A stretch of 63,717 nt of DNA, the filler included, from Choristocarpus tenellus KU-1152 (lineage: Eukaryota > Protista > Phaeophyceae): NCBI GenBank assembly GCA_964200185.2. It is 10 parts of 10 records of this genome, joined end to end, with 100 filler letters (N's around TTAATTAATTAA, not from the genome) between each part and the next. Parts side by side here need not be neighbours in the genome. Positions count along the whole stretch, not along the records: positions 20,088 to 29,164 come from CAXNAD020004015.1; positions 29,265 to 34,593 come from CAXNAD020011137.1; positions 34,694 to 46,811 come from CAXNAD020001970.1; 7 more parts are not named here. One strand, given 5' to 3'. The notes below the pieces were generated by a model. That model was not told the DNA's origin. It did not search any database and saw only the letters and a list, made by a program, of their open reading frames with translations. Position numbers and translations under genes: made by a program. Below, one piece after another: positions 22,794-36,131 of this stretch. The stretch's first letter is position 1. Every line of letters begins with the position of its first letter.

Positions 22794-25700
22794 ATGGGTA
22801 CCTTTGGTTCTGAAGTTGTTTCTTCTGCTCCTACAATTGTCCCTGATTCTAATGCCCGGGCCTGGGGAGAGAGACGCGACGAACTCACAAATTCCTATGT
22901 GGCTGACTTAGCCATCAAAGTCAAGAGTGGAAAGATGACTGAGCACAAGGATGATGATGATGGACTGAACCTATCACCGAATGCCGTCAAAGTGTGTATA
23001 TATTGCATTATTTCCTTTGGTAGGTTGAGGGTCGCTTGCATGTACCTTCTGCCTAAGGAGAAGACTTGAGGGCTGGAAGATAGATACTGGGAGATAGATA
23101 CTGGGAGATAGATACTGTGAGATAGATACTGGGTGAGAGTACTGTTGTGCTGCGGGGTGTTAACTCTTTCAACAGCTGGTGGAGAAGGACGAGGTGCGTA
23201 TTTTACTGTATGTTGTCTCTTACCCTTTCTATTGTCACTCCTTTCCCAATAGGGTCTTTACTTGACAAGATCATGTTACTGTGCATGGTGCCCCCTCGCC
23301 TGTCCCTCTTTCTTACTGAGTAGGATCTGTTTGCTGAGAATGACGTGGATGTCAATAACACTGCCAATGCTGATTGGGCTGCCAAGAGATTGATTGTCCT
23401 CAGGAGCAGCAGGTGAGAAAACAAAAGTGAAATCCATATTTCGGGACGATTTGAATCAGTGTAGTATGTGGACATGCAACTGTGACGAGGAGGAGCTTCA
23501 TGGAAAACGGGCTTGACTTTGCTAGAGTAGAGCTTTACCTGAGCAACTATTTCAGATTCCTTTCTCAAGCATGTCTTGTTACATTTGGCGTAGGCGATGT
23601 ATGGCCTTGTCAATCAAGATTCATTTGGGGTACAGTACAACCCGTGAGATCTGTCAGGAGTATTGACCGCATACGTTGTGCCCTTCATCTCTTGTTGCCT
23701 TTGTGTCTTGTGTGCAACAGGACAATTGTTGAGGACCCGAGGGAGGGGGCGTTCGATGCACTTGAATCTTCTGAACATGATGATAAGGAAGAAGGCAATA
23801 CTAATCCCCTCTACACAGCAGGCAGACATACTATTAGGTGCCACTAGTCTTTAGATATGTTTGTCTCACCTTTCCACTTTCCCCCTGCCCATGTATTATG
23901 AGTGCTGGATGAAGCTAAGGGGAGTGCACAGCCTAAGATTTTCTCGTCCTTGATGAATGCTATGAGTTCACTTGGACAAGCAGTATTTGAAATCAAAGCC
24001 GGAGATGTTGCTGTGACTTCATTAGAATCATGTTCTTCCTCCCTGATGAATCCACGACCTGTGACATGAATTCCCATCCCTGTTTTAGTTTCTAGTACAC
24101 TTTACTAGTAGTATTAATTAATACATCCCGACCCCCCTACTGCCCTCACCATCTGTCACTACCTTTTTAATGATTGGACTTGCAGTTTGTCAGGACTTCC
24201 ACCAAGACCCCATTACCCTGTGGGCAACCCCCTATTAGTGACCAACATGATGTTTGGAGCACCCGGTGACAGCAGCAAGTTCAATAGCAGTAGAATATTT
24301 AGAGATGAGTCTGTGCCCCCAAGGCTGAACCTGCACATGGGCGATTCATCGATGCGGAAGACAGCTAGTTCTATGTGAGTTGTCTTTGAACCACCAGGAG
24401 GAGGTGTGTGGTGGTAGAGGAATGGGGGGGGGTTAAGTGGAGAGAAGAATTGAGTGTCACATTTTGTTTTTGCTTGTATCACCTTGAGTGGGCATAGGTG
24501 GTAGTGTGTGATTGATTTTTGGTGATGCAGTTGAATTGTGTGTTGATCTTCTGATTTCTAGAGTGTTGATATATATATAAATATATTGTTGATGCAAGTG
24601 TGTCAGTAGTGACTAGTGGTATCTTGTACTCTCATATGTGGTCAATGTGTTGGACCTTGAGCTAGGAGTTGCCGATCTGGTATCATCATGTTTTGGTAGC
24701 TGACTACGTGGATGTGTATTGACTTCCTCAACCTTGGCTGGGTAATCTCTAGTGTGAAGTGTACCTTACCATACTAACTCACCTGTCTATCTAATTGGTG
24801 TATTGTGTGTCTTTGTGTGTTTGTGTTTGTATAGGATTGGCCCGACTGGTCATAGTCTTGTGAGCATCTGTGAGGATGAGGAAGGCTACTATGACAGGTG
24901 ATTATACCAATTCTGCACCTGTTGGTATTAATGTATCCATTGGCTGATGGTTTGAGTAACCCCATCCTACCCCCCTACCTCTGTTGTCTATACCTCATGA
25001 GCTATTCTCATTGTTCTGCTATCTGTTCTTTGATATTTGTACTCCTCAGTACCATGTACAAGTACAGGGTAATACTGTTTGTCTTTTGTAATGGACCTCT
25101 TCTCACCCCAGCATTCCTGTGACCTTGTTATAGTATCTCTTACATACTCCGCTCTTGACTGAAGTCCTCTTCCTAGTCTGATGGTAACTGCAACATGTTA
25201 CTGTTATGTGTGTAATATCTTCCAGGGGAGGTTACTATTATGATGATGATGATGAGTTAGAAGGAAGTTATCGGGAACAAGTTAGCCAGAGGTTCACTGG
25301 GAGCTCTGTGAGGGCGGTATCGCTTATGTGGAAGGCAGAACCATCTGTTAGGGCTTCTGGGCCTGGTTTCAGCGAAGGTTATCAGAAGATGAGCATGGAT
25401 GCCTTCCAGCACAGGTGAGGCTTGGAGTTTTCTGTTGTTTTACTCGGTGGAGGGCAAGGGGGGGGGTGTTGGGAATGGCCGGAGGAGATGATTCTTTGGA
25501 TCGATCCTTTTTCTCTTCAGATATATTCTTTGTGCGTACCTGTTTGGAATTTCAAAATACTTCAGTGTACCCCAAATTAATGATGTATCGCTGTTGTTGA
25601 ATCTCAAAGGCAGATGTCAGTTTATTGAAGGACTCTTTTTTTTCCTCCTTGGTAACAGTGTGAATATATATTTTTAAAAATGCTTTTTATGTATACTTTA

Positions 25701-27965
25701 TGCAGAAAAAGGAAAAGGAAATTTCTGTTTTTGTGGTTAGGTGTATCAAATGAATGCTTTCTATTGGTGCACTAGTACAGTATTGTTTTTAGCGGAGTAT
25801 GGTATGATCCAGGGAAATCCTCTTATTAGTTTTCCGTCCAACAGGTCGTTTTTTCGGTGGCAATTCTTTTGTTCTTTCTACTTCACGCTCTGCCTCACTA
25901 CTCTGCTGTCACCTTGACCAGGAATGTGTCTCGAATGGGTCCGAGGGACCCTGAGGAGGAACTGCAAGTGATGGATGAGCATCTTGCTGATCTTGTGGCC
26001 AAGAGGAAGGAGAAGTGAGTAAGAGTGTAGGAATAAAAGAGGAAGATGACCACAGAACAGGTCAATCTGCAGTCACTTGATGTTCCTGTATCTTTAATGA
26101 GCTGTTTTTTGATATGCCAAACATATTTTTTTACACAATCAAGGCATCTTGAGTTATCCTCTCATTTTACTGTACCAGTGCTTCTGTTCTTTACCTTACA
26201 TTTCTCTGTATGTATGCATGTATGTGACATGTGCAGACGCACAAATATTATCATTATTATTATTATTATTATTGTTTATTCAACTTCGCATTTCTCATCT
26301 TTTGTTGGAACCCTTTTGGTGCATGGCTCTCTCCCTGCATTGCTCGTGCTGTAACCTATCCTACCTGTGTCATGCGCCAATCACCTTCATCAGTGTGAAG
26401 GACATCCGTCCGAGCTCCCCGCCAAACACTGCACCCCACCCTGGCAGTGTTCGTTTTGGGAGTCAGTTTGCCGCAAACCAAAGCAGGAAGGACAGTCTGG
26501 TGCTTGCAGAGGCTGGGATTGTCGATAACAGCTATGGGAATGGTGGGCGGTCCTCCCGGGAAGTTGACACGTACATGTGAGTGTTGCATAAACTTTGAAA
26601 TTTGTCAAGGAGTAGAGCTCTAGAAGCTGACTGCAAGTGTAGTATGTGCTTAGTTAAGTTCTTGGGTTTTACTGAATTTCTTTTTTGTTCTTCTTGGGGT
26701 AGGTGGAGTGGGTTGTGAATGTGTTCTTTTAGATGACGAGGAGAAGCTGAGTTGTGTAGTTCTTCTGATGGCGCAGGGTTACTTTAGTTGTGTTCTTCTG
26801 AATGAGAGACGGGGGGAAATGTAGTTGGCACATGGAACCAACGAACACCTCCTATTACCCCCTTTCCTGTTCCATGTTTCCTTCTCACTGGGCGATGTTG
26901 AATGTGCTTTGTGTTCAGGCCTGCTCCAACCCCGATAATGGCTTCCATAGTGCTGCTCTTGTCTTCTCTACTGCTGTTCTTGTGCTCTGCTGGATTGACC
27001 AAGTTAGGCATCCTCAACTTCCAGGTAATGAAACCAACAGTGCAAGTGGTTGATATATTTGGATCTGTTTGTAATATTTTTGGTAGGTTATTTGTATTCT
27101 CCTGTTGTGTCTTACGTGGAGAGATGGAACTAGTGTGTGTTCATGACAGCTGTGCCCTTTGAAGTGAAGAATATATCAAATATCAAGTCAAGTTGCTTTT
27201 TTCTGATCGTCCTGTTCAAATTGCTATTTCCCCCTTCTATTTCCCCTTACCCCACATACATATGTAATCTGTGTGTGTTGTTTGCTCAGGAGGCATCCTC
27301 TAGTGTGGAGGGTACCCTGCTATGGAACATTTGCAGCTGCTGCACCCCTGATGAGGATGGAGACAATGTTGCAAAGATCTTTGAGATTCTTGAGGCAAGC
27401 TTAGGGTTAGGGATAGTTAGGGATAGTTATTACATCCTTTCACTCTGTGTTAGTACCTCTTTTTGTGTGAAGCGTTTTGTCTCTTCTCCCTGTTGTGTGC
27501 TTCTGCTTGAACCTTCCTCCCTTCCTCTCTCCCCCCCCCAATACACAGGACCAGCTCGGTTATGCATGCCGCGAGACGTTGACAGGGCTTATTGCCTGGC
27601 TGGCATACTGGATCTGCCCTGCTACATTTGTCCTCTACTCATGCCGTATGCTGTGCTTCAAGTGAGTAAATAGCTCTTCACCTGTGGCAGTATCAAATGG
27701 TATCCCTACCTTAGAAATCTAGAACATGTACTGGAAGCCCAACTGGTACCATATGGCGATAACCCTAACCCTGCCAGAGTCATCCTTCGCTGATCCCTAA
27801 TCTCTCTCCGAACTATCATAGGAACATTCCTGCCCAGGATGTCCCCCTAGCAATTGCCAACCCCAGCAGACGTGGTGGTATGCCCAGACAGCACCAATTC
27901 CGTGAGAGCCAAAGACACTTGAAGGGCAATGCACCAGATCCTTCAAGGTGCAGTGATTTGAGATA
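22794..27965 (+). CDS. Uncharacterised protein, low-complexity N-terminus and two C-terminal hydrophobic helices; 13 exons (22794-22991, 23176-23193, 23324-23412, 23721-23837, 24186-24374, 24835-24897, 25226-25414, 25922-26014, 26394-26576, 26919-27024, 27290-27394, 27549-27661, 27822-~27947/27965)
   Basis: All exons join in consistent phase without stops. Introns are GT-AG except one GC-AG at 27395. TM-like segments IMASIVLLLSSLLLFLCSAGL and LTGLIAWLAYWICPATFVLY. Confidence 0.75.
23076..23132. repeat. 14-bp tandem repeat (GAGATAGATACTGG) x4 in an intron
   Basis: Directly visible. Confidence 0.9.
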
Positions 27966-29292
27966 AACTGAGAAATAAGTTTTGTTGATATGCTGGTTAG
28001 GGTTAGATTTAAGCGGTTGTCCTTTCCACTGCAGTATCTTAAGAAGTTGACCCTTCCCCTTCATGTTATATTTTTATGTTTCTTTTCCAATCTTGTTGAG
28101 TGTGTAATAGTAGATTGTTTGCTTCTCTCACACCTTGCTAACTAGTTTCAACATGGAGCATTAGCAATTAAGTATTATTTAAGAATGGTTCTTGTTGGAG
28201 GAGCTGGGCAACTTTATCTTCTTTGATTGATTTCGATGTGGTCAAAAAATGAAAACAATGTCTTGATTGCAGTAGCATCATTCTGTATCTCCCTGATTTA
28301 TTCCAGCGAAGCCTTCTCTCTTATCCTCTTCACCTTGTACACTCCCCTTCATGCCTGATCACATGTGTGTCACGTGGACTCTGATCTCCACTGCAACAGA
28401 ATTGGGCGGCACTCAACCCATGTCTGGATCAAGCTCAGCGCCATCCTCAATTTTGTGTCAGGAATATTATACATTCGGTGGCGTGCAGTTGATTCCATGC
28501 CTGATGACCCTGTGGCGTGAGTGGGGACTGGGGATTATAGGGGGGGGGTTAAGTACAAATAATGCAAGTGTTAATATAGTGTTGAGGCAGTGGTTATTCA
28601 TCTTAGTGTCCGGTCTGACTGACTCCTTGTGGTACACCTTCGCTTGTTTTTCAAGCATTGCTATAGTATCTGTATTGGTAAGCAATGATCTTTCTTAAAT
28701 ACTAGTTCTGTGTGCATTTGGTTGACATTCTGGATTGTGTGAAAGTCTCTTTCAGATTTTCTAGGTTCTGTGCCATACCATTGCATATTGTATCATTGCA
28801 GACTGTTTTGCCTTACAACCTCTTGTTGCTGTTTACAGGCCAGTATGGAACTGGTTCTTCTTTGGTGGGGAGGTGATTCTTCTCATTGGTGTGTGGACCA
28901 GTCACTTCCAACGTATGTTCCCAGCAATCAGGTAAAGAGACTCAACCTACAATGTGCTCTGCTCAACAGGCATGCCGTATGGGCCTTGGTTTGGGACTTT
29001 TTTCTTCACCAAATTGTCACTGCTCTTGTTTTAGATGAAGGAAATGGATGAGTAGGTAGAAAGCTTGACTCTCTGCTCTGACCCTGATCAGGTCCAATAC
29101 ATTACCGGTAAGGTTTACAGTAGGACTATACATGGCTCAATGAGATACATCTTTTCAGTGTGTGNNNNNNNNNNNNNNNNNNNNNNNNNNNNNNNNNNNN
29201 NNNNNNNNTTAATTAATTAANNNNNNNNNNNNNNNNNNNNNNNNNNNNNNNNNNNNNNNNNNNNGGGGGGGGGGGGGGGGGGTGGGGCCGGC

Positions 29293-29331
<39 letters not shown>

Positions 29332-29629
29332 CGAGAGATAGATTTATGTGACAGTCACAGTCCTTGTTTGGCTTTGCGCTTAATGTAGCTTGGAGCACAC
29401 TTGTGTTTTCCCCTCCCTGTCTACAAATGTTGGACTATTGTCGTACTGTTGTCCAGCCCCCTCGCTGCTCATTGAAGTACAACCTTCTACGTTATTTTCT
29501 TGCTTCCTATCTATTGACCTCCAAATGTCTTGTTTACCTCTCCTGAATATCTCACAGACATCCCCCCCCCCCTCTCCCCTTCATCGGATACTTCATCCCC
29601 TTTTGGGTCTTTCGTATTGTCCTCCTCAG

Positions 29630-31688
29630 GCCAGCAGCATTGACTATATGCTCAGCCCTGTCCTGTCGGTGGGAAGAGGGAGACACACCCTACTCAATAC
29701 TTGGTGGGAGAGGAACCAATGGTGGCAGCGGTGGTAGTGAGGGAATGATCCAGCCTTCTCCATCTGTGTCGGCGGTATTTGACACCCTGAGGGAGGCGTG
29801 TGAATTAGCCTTCGTTTCTCCAAATCGCTCTGTTCTTGCAGTTGCACTGGCAGGAACCTGGTCTGCAGACCTGGCTTTGATGCGAGTGGCGGAGGGTTGT
29901 AAGGGCAGAAGAGAAGGGACAGCTGTTGTTCCACCTTCAGTTCCGTGCTTGGAGTCTAGTGAAGATATGGTGGGGGTGGGGGATGGAAATCTCCAACAGC
30001 AAGCTGTGGTGGCTTTGCTGGACATTGAGCCGCCTGCTTCGTCTGGAGTGGGAAAGAGCCATGGTAGTCGAGATGGAGGTGATAAGCAACGCACAGAGGA
30101 TGCAAGGGTTGTGGAGGGGGGCACAGAGGTAATTGTGTGTGAAGGAAGGGAGGGTAGAGGGGGGGGCAAAGGTTCGTCAGAGGTACTGGGCGAAGTAGGA
30201 GCTGTTGATGGAGGAGGTCATGGAGAGGGAGATCCCATAGGTCGTGGAGGGGTTGGAAACCCCAATGAAACCTTCAGGACTGTTGATACACTCAGGGGAT
30301 TTGCACTAAGGTGCTCCTGTGTTCGTGTGACCTCATCCTCTGGTGGTGAAGGGGAGGAGGCCCAAAACAATGAGGTTGGGACCGCCATTCATAATGCCCC
30401 CATGAAGTACTCTCCCTCAGTGCTCTCCCCTGTCTCAGTTTGCTCGACTTCACAAACCGGTGCTCCTTCCCCTAGACCTGCCCTGCTGTCTGGTTCAGTG
30501 GCCATGTCGCCGCTGGAGGTGGGTGAGGCTATGCTGGATGGCTTAGGCCCTGAGGTAGCGGGGGATGTGTTGTGGGCAGTGCCGGCGCTCTTGGACAAGA
30601 TGCCACCGGAGGTACGTCCGTGCGCGTTCTGGGGGACGAGACGGGGTGGATGGAAATGCCTCGTGGGTGTTTGGGGGGTAGGTTCTTGCTTTTGTTGGCG
30701 GTTCTGCATTGTGCCATTTTTTGTCTCTCTCCGTGCTCTAATCTTGTGACGAGATTGATCCTCATTTGTCCTCCCTTGCTACCGTTTTTCTGCACGCCTC
30801 CTGTACACGACGTGCCTGATGCTCTCCCGCGTGATTGGTCAGTTCTTCCACCTTATGGCTGACCTCGAAACTCTCAACTCCTCCCAACAAGAAGTTGAGG
30901 AGGAAATGCTGGGCCGTGCCACTCAAGCTGCCTGGGCTGCTCTGAGCGGCCCAGATCATTCTTGCGGGACTGTTGGAATGGGTAACACAGGTGATCAAGC
31001 AGGTGACAACAGGAGTCCTCTTGGCCCTCGACTAGGGTGGCTTGCATCTGAAGAGCTCGCTCGATTTTATCATGGAGCCCAGGGGGGCAACGTAGGCAGG
31101 GCTGGGAGGGGGGCTGGCGTTAGTGGCATTGCCAAGGTCCGTTCAGATGGGGAGGAAAGTGAAGGGAATTTAGGAGGAAGGGAAATGGGATGGGGGAGCT
31201 TCAGCAGCATGTTAGCACTTCCTGTAGGGGAGTCAACTGGAGAAAGTTCCGCAGCCAGACTTGACTCTGTCGTGGAGGTGACGGCTAGCCGCCTTGGCTT
31301 GAACTTCTTGATTCCAGGGCGATCCCATCGTGGGATGGTCATTCTGCCTGACACCCCATGCTGCTTCTGTAGTCTGCCACTGGCAGAACTGCCGGGTGCC
31401 CTCCCATTGCCTTCCAGTGTTGGAAGTAGAGTGGAACCTAGAGGGGAGGTTGCTGTGCCTCCCTGTGGTCATAGTTACCATGTTCGCTGTGGGCTTGAGT
31501 CCTTCGGAAGTACAATCCCTCCGTTGTCAACTGTACAACACAAGCAATGGGAGGGACGAGGGAGTGGGGGGGGTGGGGTCGGTGGTCTTCGGGAAGATGA
31601 GCTAGTTGCTAACTTTCCAGGTCGACCCTTGCCTTGTCCAACTTGCTGTGCGCTTTTTGGAGAGGTACATTGTTGGGCTGAGGAATAG
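29630..31688 (+). CDS. HPS5-like (BLOC-2/HOPS-type) protein, last two exons (29630-30611, 30843-31688), with C-terminal RING-H2
   Basis: AMLDGLGPEVAGDVL...PEFFHLMADL...QQEVEEEMLGRATQAAW resembles the HPS5 C-terminus. The ORF ends in CCFC..L...PCGHSYHVRC...CPTC (RING-H2 with insertions). Confidence 0.55.
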
Positions 31689-34528
31689 CAATTTAGAAGG
31701 TGCTGGCCGGTAGAGTCTTTGACTACTTCTCTTTACCCCCTGCCCTTCATGTGAACAGGATCAGGGTCCATGCATGATGGACAGATCGATGGTTCGATGG
31801 TGGGGTTGTGGGAATGGAATGAGTGGATTTCTCCTTTGGAATGGTTGTGGTCGGCAGGTATCCTCCACTAGAATGATTTTTTTTGTGCAGATGGTTGTGA
31901 TTGTCACGATGTGTTGATTTGTTGTTGTCCTATTAGTTCTGTTTCATGGTTGGTATCTAAGTACTACGGTATCAACGTATCACCTTGCACCTGTTACGTG
32001 TAACAGGTGTGTTGTCTTCTCCTGTGCATACTACAACAGATTAACCTCTTCATATTTTATATCCATGGATAACACTCTTCTTTTTTTCGGTTCCTGTTTC
32101 TTAGTTGGCCTTCATGGAATTGTTTGTATATAGTTAGATCTAGCTGCAGCAAGTGTTGGTGTGTCACTCCTAGCTGCCATTATTGTGGCTGTTGCCTCCT
32201 TGCCATGGCCCTTGTGGGGAATATGGTGACTAGTGCAAAGTGTTGAGGGTAGACCTGAACTCTTTGTCTGGTGAAGAGATGTTTGTTGTTGTGGTTCTGC
32301 TAGGCAGTTGGATGGATCGTAAGGTCCAACATTGTTTTGTATTAATATAGGAAGGTCCTTGCATTTATTTTTTGATAATGATTCGTGATAAAGGTGAAAT
32401 GATCTATGTTGTACCACCTCTCTCCAGGTGTGTGGCCAAAGTAAACGAGAGGCGACTAGGTTTTGGGTGTATTTCATTCCACTGTTTTCGATCTTCTGCA
32501 ATACAACCATATTTCTAGGGATGGAGTTCTAAGTTTGACTTGAGAGCTTGGTTTCTCTGTTGTTTGAAACTTCTCGAAATAGTTGAGAAAAATCCCAGCA
32601 CTCGTCTGTAAATATAGCCTTATTTTTTCACATATTTGTTAGTGTCCATAAAATGCAACCCTGGGTACCTCTCGTTTACTTTGACTGTGTCATATATAGA
32701 TGATGCGAGTACCACTACTATTGTAGTGATGATGCGTGGTGTATAGACCTGACAACTCATTGTCATGCGTTGTTGGTGGATGAGTACAATCCATCTGTTT
32801 TAAGAAAAGTTGTTTTGCTGGGGTTTTTTGTGATATTATTATTATCGTTACGATATTCTAGCATTATAGGTACGCCGTCCTCTTCTTTCTGTCGGGATGG
32901 TTTTTGTAGTGGTGTCTTGTCATTCATTTTGTTGATTTTTGCTTGAGCATCACGAACCATTGTGAGTGACCAAAACTCAACAAACATTCCTACGTATACT
33001 CGTAGCACATGAGAACATATACTCCTAGTCTAAGAGTCTTCTTTTTGTCACTCTACTAGAACACAACACACAGCGCAATATCAGTTCAAAACTCTCTTCC
33101 TGAACAACTGAGGAAAAATGTATTCTTACCCATCGCACACTTACCTCCCTTTTTTTGACCCCAAACATTTAATATGTTGCTTGTTTTTCTTGTATGGGGG
33201 GGGTTAAGTGAAGGTTGTTTTGCTTGGGATCTTAGTATGGCTCGATCTGCAATACCATCTCTAACAAAACGATTCTGCAGGGCCTCATATGCTACAGACG
33301 GACTGTCTCCATGATCTGTTTCGCTGAGTCACCTAAGTTGATCAATGAACCTGCCATTGCCATGCTTGCTTCTTGGAGTTCTCTTGTAATCTATCCGGTC
33401 ACATAGAATCTTACGAAGCTCTCCTTATTATGGTCTTGATCATATAGCGTCCTTCCATCCACTGATAGATGTACACGTCAGGAAACTTCTCTCATGACTT
33501 GGGAACCCTTCCCCATCATTGTTAACTATACCTCTTTCTGTTCTTCATAATATAAACTATCTTCTACCGACTGATTGTTTCCTACATAATCTACTTTTCC
33601 ACAAGAATTGAGAGCATATTCTTGACATTAGAGTACAACTTCAGTGCCAAAAAAAGCAAGAAAATAAACAGGTTACACCAAACACATCGCACATACCTCT
33701 ACCCAAAATCATTTTAATCCGAGTTTCTGGTAGTACACCTAGTTGTAAAGAGACTTAGGCGCCACACACACAAACCATCTCCAAACTCTCAGAAGTTAGT
33801 GATGGATATGGCGTGGTACTATGGAGGTTATTATCCATACAAGATGGTGATTGGATTAGCCGTTCTCAAGGACTATCCCGAACAAACAGACTGTCTGTGT
33901 GTGGTTCACTAAGCAGGGGATACTTTCCATTTGTTGTAACTTTATCCTATCGATGATTCAGGCTCAAGATCAAAAATACTATGCAATACGCTTCCTCCAT
34001 TTATGCCTTACTCCTCACGTGTTGGGTTGAGCCGTATCATTGGTCGTTTCTCCGGCACCTTCCCTGAATAATGTGCTCGGTACAACTCAATCTCTATTGG
34101 CAACAAAGTTTTGACATTTCACTTCAGGTTTCCTCTTTTTTTGTGGTATAGCAGCAGATAGGATTGTAGAAACAGGTACACACTACGTACGTTGCGCTGG
34201 TTTGAATAACGAAAATAATTTTTTCCTTGATGAAAGAAAAATGACATCAAAAGGGTTCGAAGAATCAATGCAGAAAACACATTCCATTTGTAACTAGAAG
34301 AATTACGAGGGTATGTTTTTTTGTAGAGCTCGTCCCTGTGGAGTCTTCTCTAACGTTTTTTTCCTACCACCTATTGAGAAATTGACTTCTTTTCTGCGGG
34401 AGAGTCTCACAACGTACAGCATAGAGAGAAAGAAGGAAGCAGGGCCTCAAAATGGTTGCGCGTGAGAGACATACATGATGCCACACACACATTAAACAAG
34501 AAAGAAGTATGCTTTCCATGTAACTTCG

Positions 34529-34593
34529 GGGTCAAAGCATCTGGGGGGGAGGGGTGCGGCGTTCGTTTTTCACTTTTTTGGTGTGATTTGGTC
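34529..34593 (+). mobile_element. MITE family B-related terminus at a contig end
   Basis: GGGTCAAAGCATCTGGGGGG...; cf. 51745-51815 and the reverse complement at 60297-60350. Confidence 0.6.
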
Positions 34594-34964
34594 NNNNNNN
34601 NNNNNNNNNNNNNNNNNNNNNNNNNNNNNNNNNNNNNTTAATTAATTAANNNNNNNNNNNNNNNNNNNNNNNNNNNNNNNNNNNNNNNNNNNNGTGTTTG
34701 GAATTAATATTTCAACTTTTTTAATTAGCTTCTGCGGTTGGCGTCGTAGTATGGAAGTAGCGGGAGTTTTGTGTTTATTTATTGCTTTTATGATGTGGTG
34801 GATTATACGAGATGTCAGGCATGTGTCCCTCTTGGCTCAATATCACCACGTCAGACACCAGTAGACAAAGTCGACCATCACCTTGCCTCTGATAATACTG
34901 ACAAGTTTTACTGAAGGAGACAACCAGCAACCTGCCCAACAAGAAAAAGCTAAGGGGCACAAAC

Positions 34965-36099
34965 CTGCTTGGTTCTGAGAATATTGATCATTGGGAATGG
35001 TGACCTGCGGGCAAAGTTTGCCGCCCCACTATCTCCTAGACGATCCTGCCCATCCCTGCAGTATAGAGACAAATGGAGCAGCCAATTGCAAGAAAAGGTC
35101 TTGTAGCCATTTTAACATATCAATTGCAATGTGCCTATGGCACAATAACATAAACATCAGGGTTAGGAAGTAGAGGATCGGCACCCTGTCTGACAGATGA
35201 CAAAAAACTGGAGCAGGGTAGAAACTCTCTGGCAGAGGAGGGGGGTAGGGGGGTAGGGGGGCAACAAACTGTGCGCCTGATAACAGGATTTCCATCTGCA
35301 ACAGCAACCTACTACCTAAAACTGGATATATGCACCATAGCAGCAAAACTGGCACAGACTTGAGGAGGTGTATTTCATTTGCACTCTGTGTCTGCAAAAA
35401 AACGCGTAGCATCACTACCCACCCTTTTTCACACACCCACGCAACAATTAAACCTCACACTTAAAAAGAATTTACTCAACAGCATCCCAATTCCCTGAGG
35501 TGAAGGCAATAAATCTGTGCCTATAATGATAAAAAAAAAGAGAGTGTAGGTCACCTACATCATTAACACGCTTCAATCACAAGCAGAAGTATTTAGCTAC
35601 TCCTCTAACTCTTACCCCTTCAACTCAATGCCCCCCAATCACTCTCATGTCCATCGGCATCACCCATAGTTATTTCACAAAAAAAAAAAACAGTATCGCC
35701 CATCCATGGGGTTAGGGGAGGTTGAAGTCCGACTTCCTCCTAGAGGCTAATCATGACAAATGTTCTGCTCCTGTTCGTTCAAATGTTGCCTTTTGCACAA
35801 TGTCCCTGACTCCCAACTTACCGGAAAGTGTAAAGGGGGTGGAAGAAGACCAGCTGGATGTCATCTTCCACATGCAATGATTCCAAAGGCTGCGTCAGAC
35901 TGTCCCGTATGTGGAAAGGTAATGGAGGTAGTCCGAAGTCAAGGGGAACGGGTAAGCACATCATTGGGTTAACCTTTGAATGAACTTGGCAGGTGGGCAG
36001 TGGGGGGGGGGGGGGGGGAAAACCCCTTGTTTCACAAACCCCCCCCCCACTCGGGGGAATCCTAAANNNNNNNNNNTTTGGTTTTAGTTGTAAGCTGAT

Positions 36100-36131
<32 letters not shown>

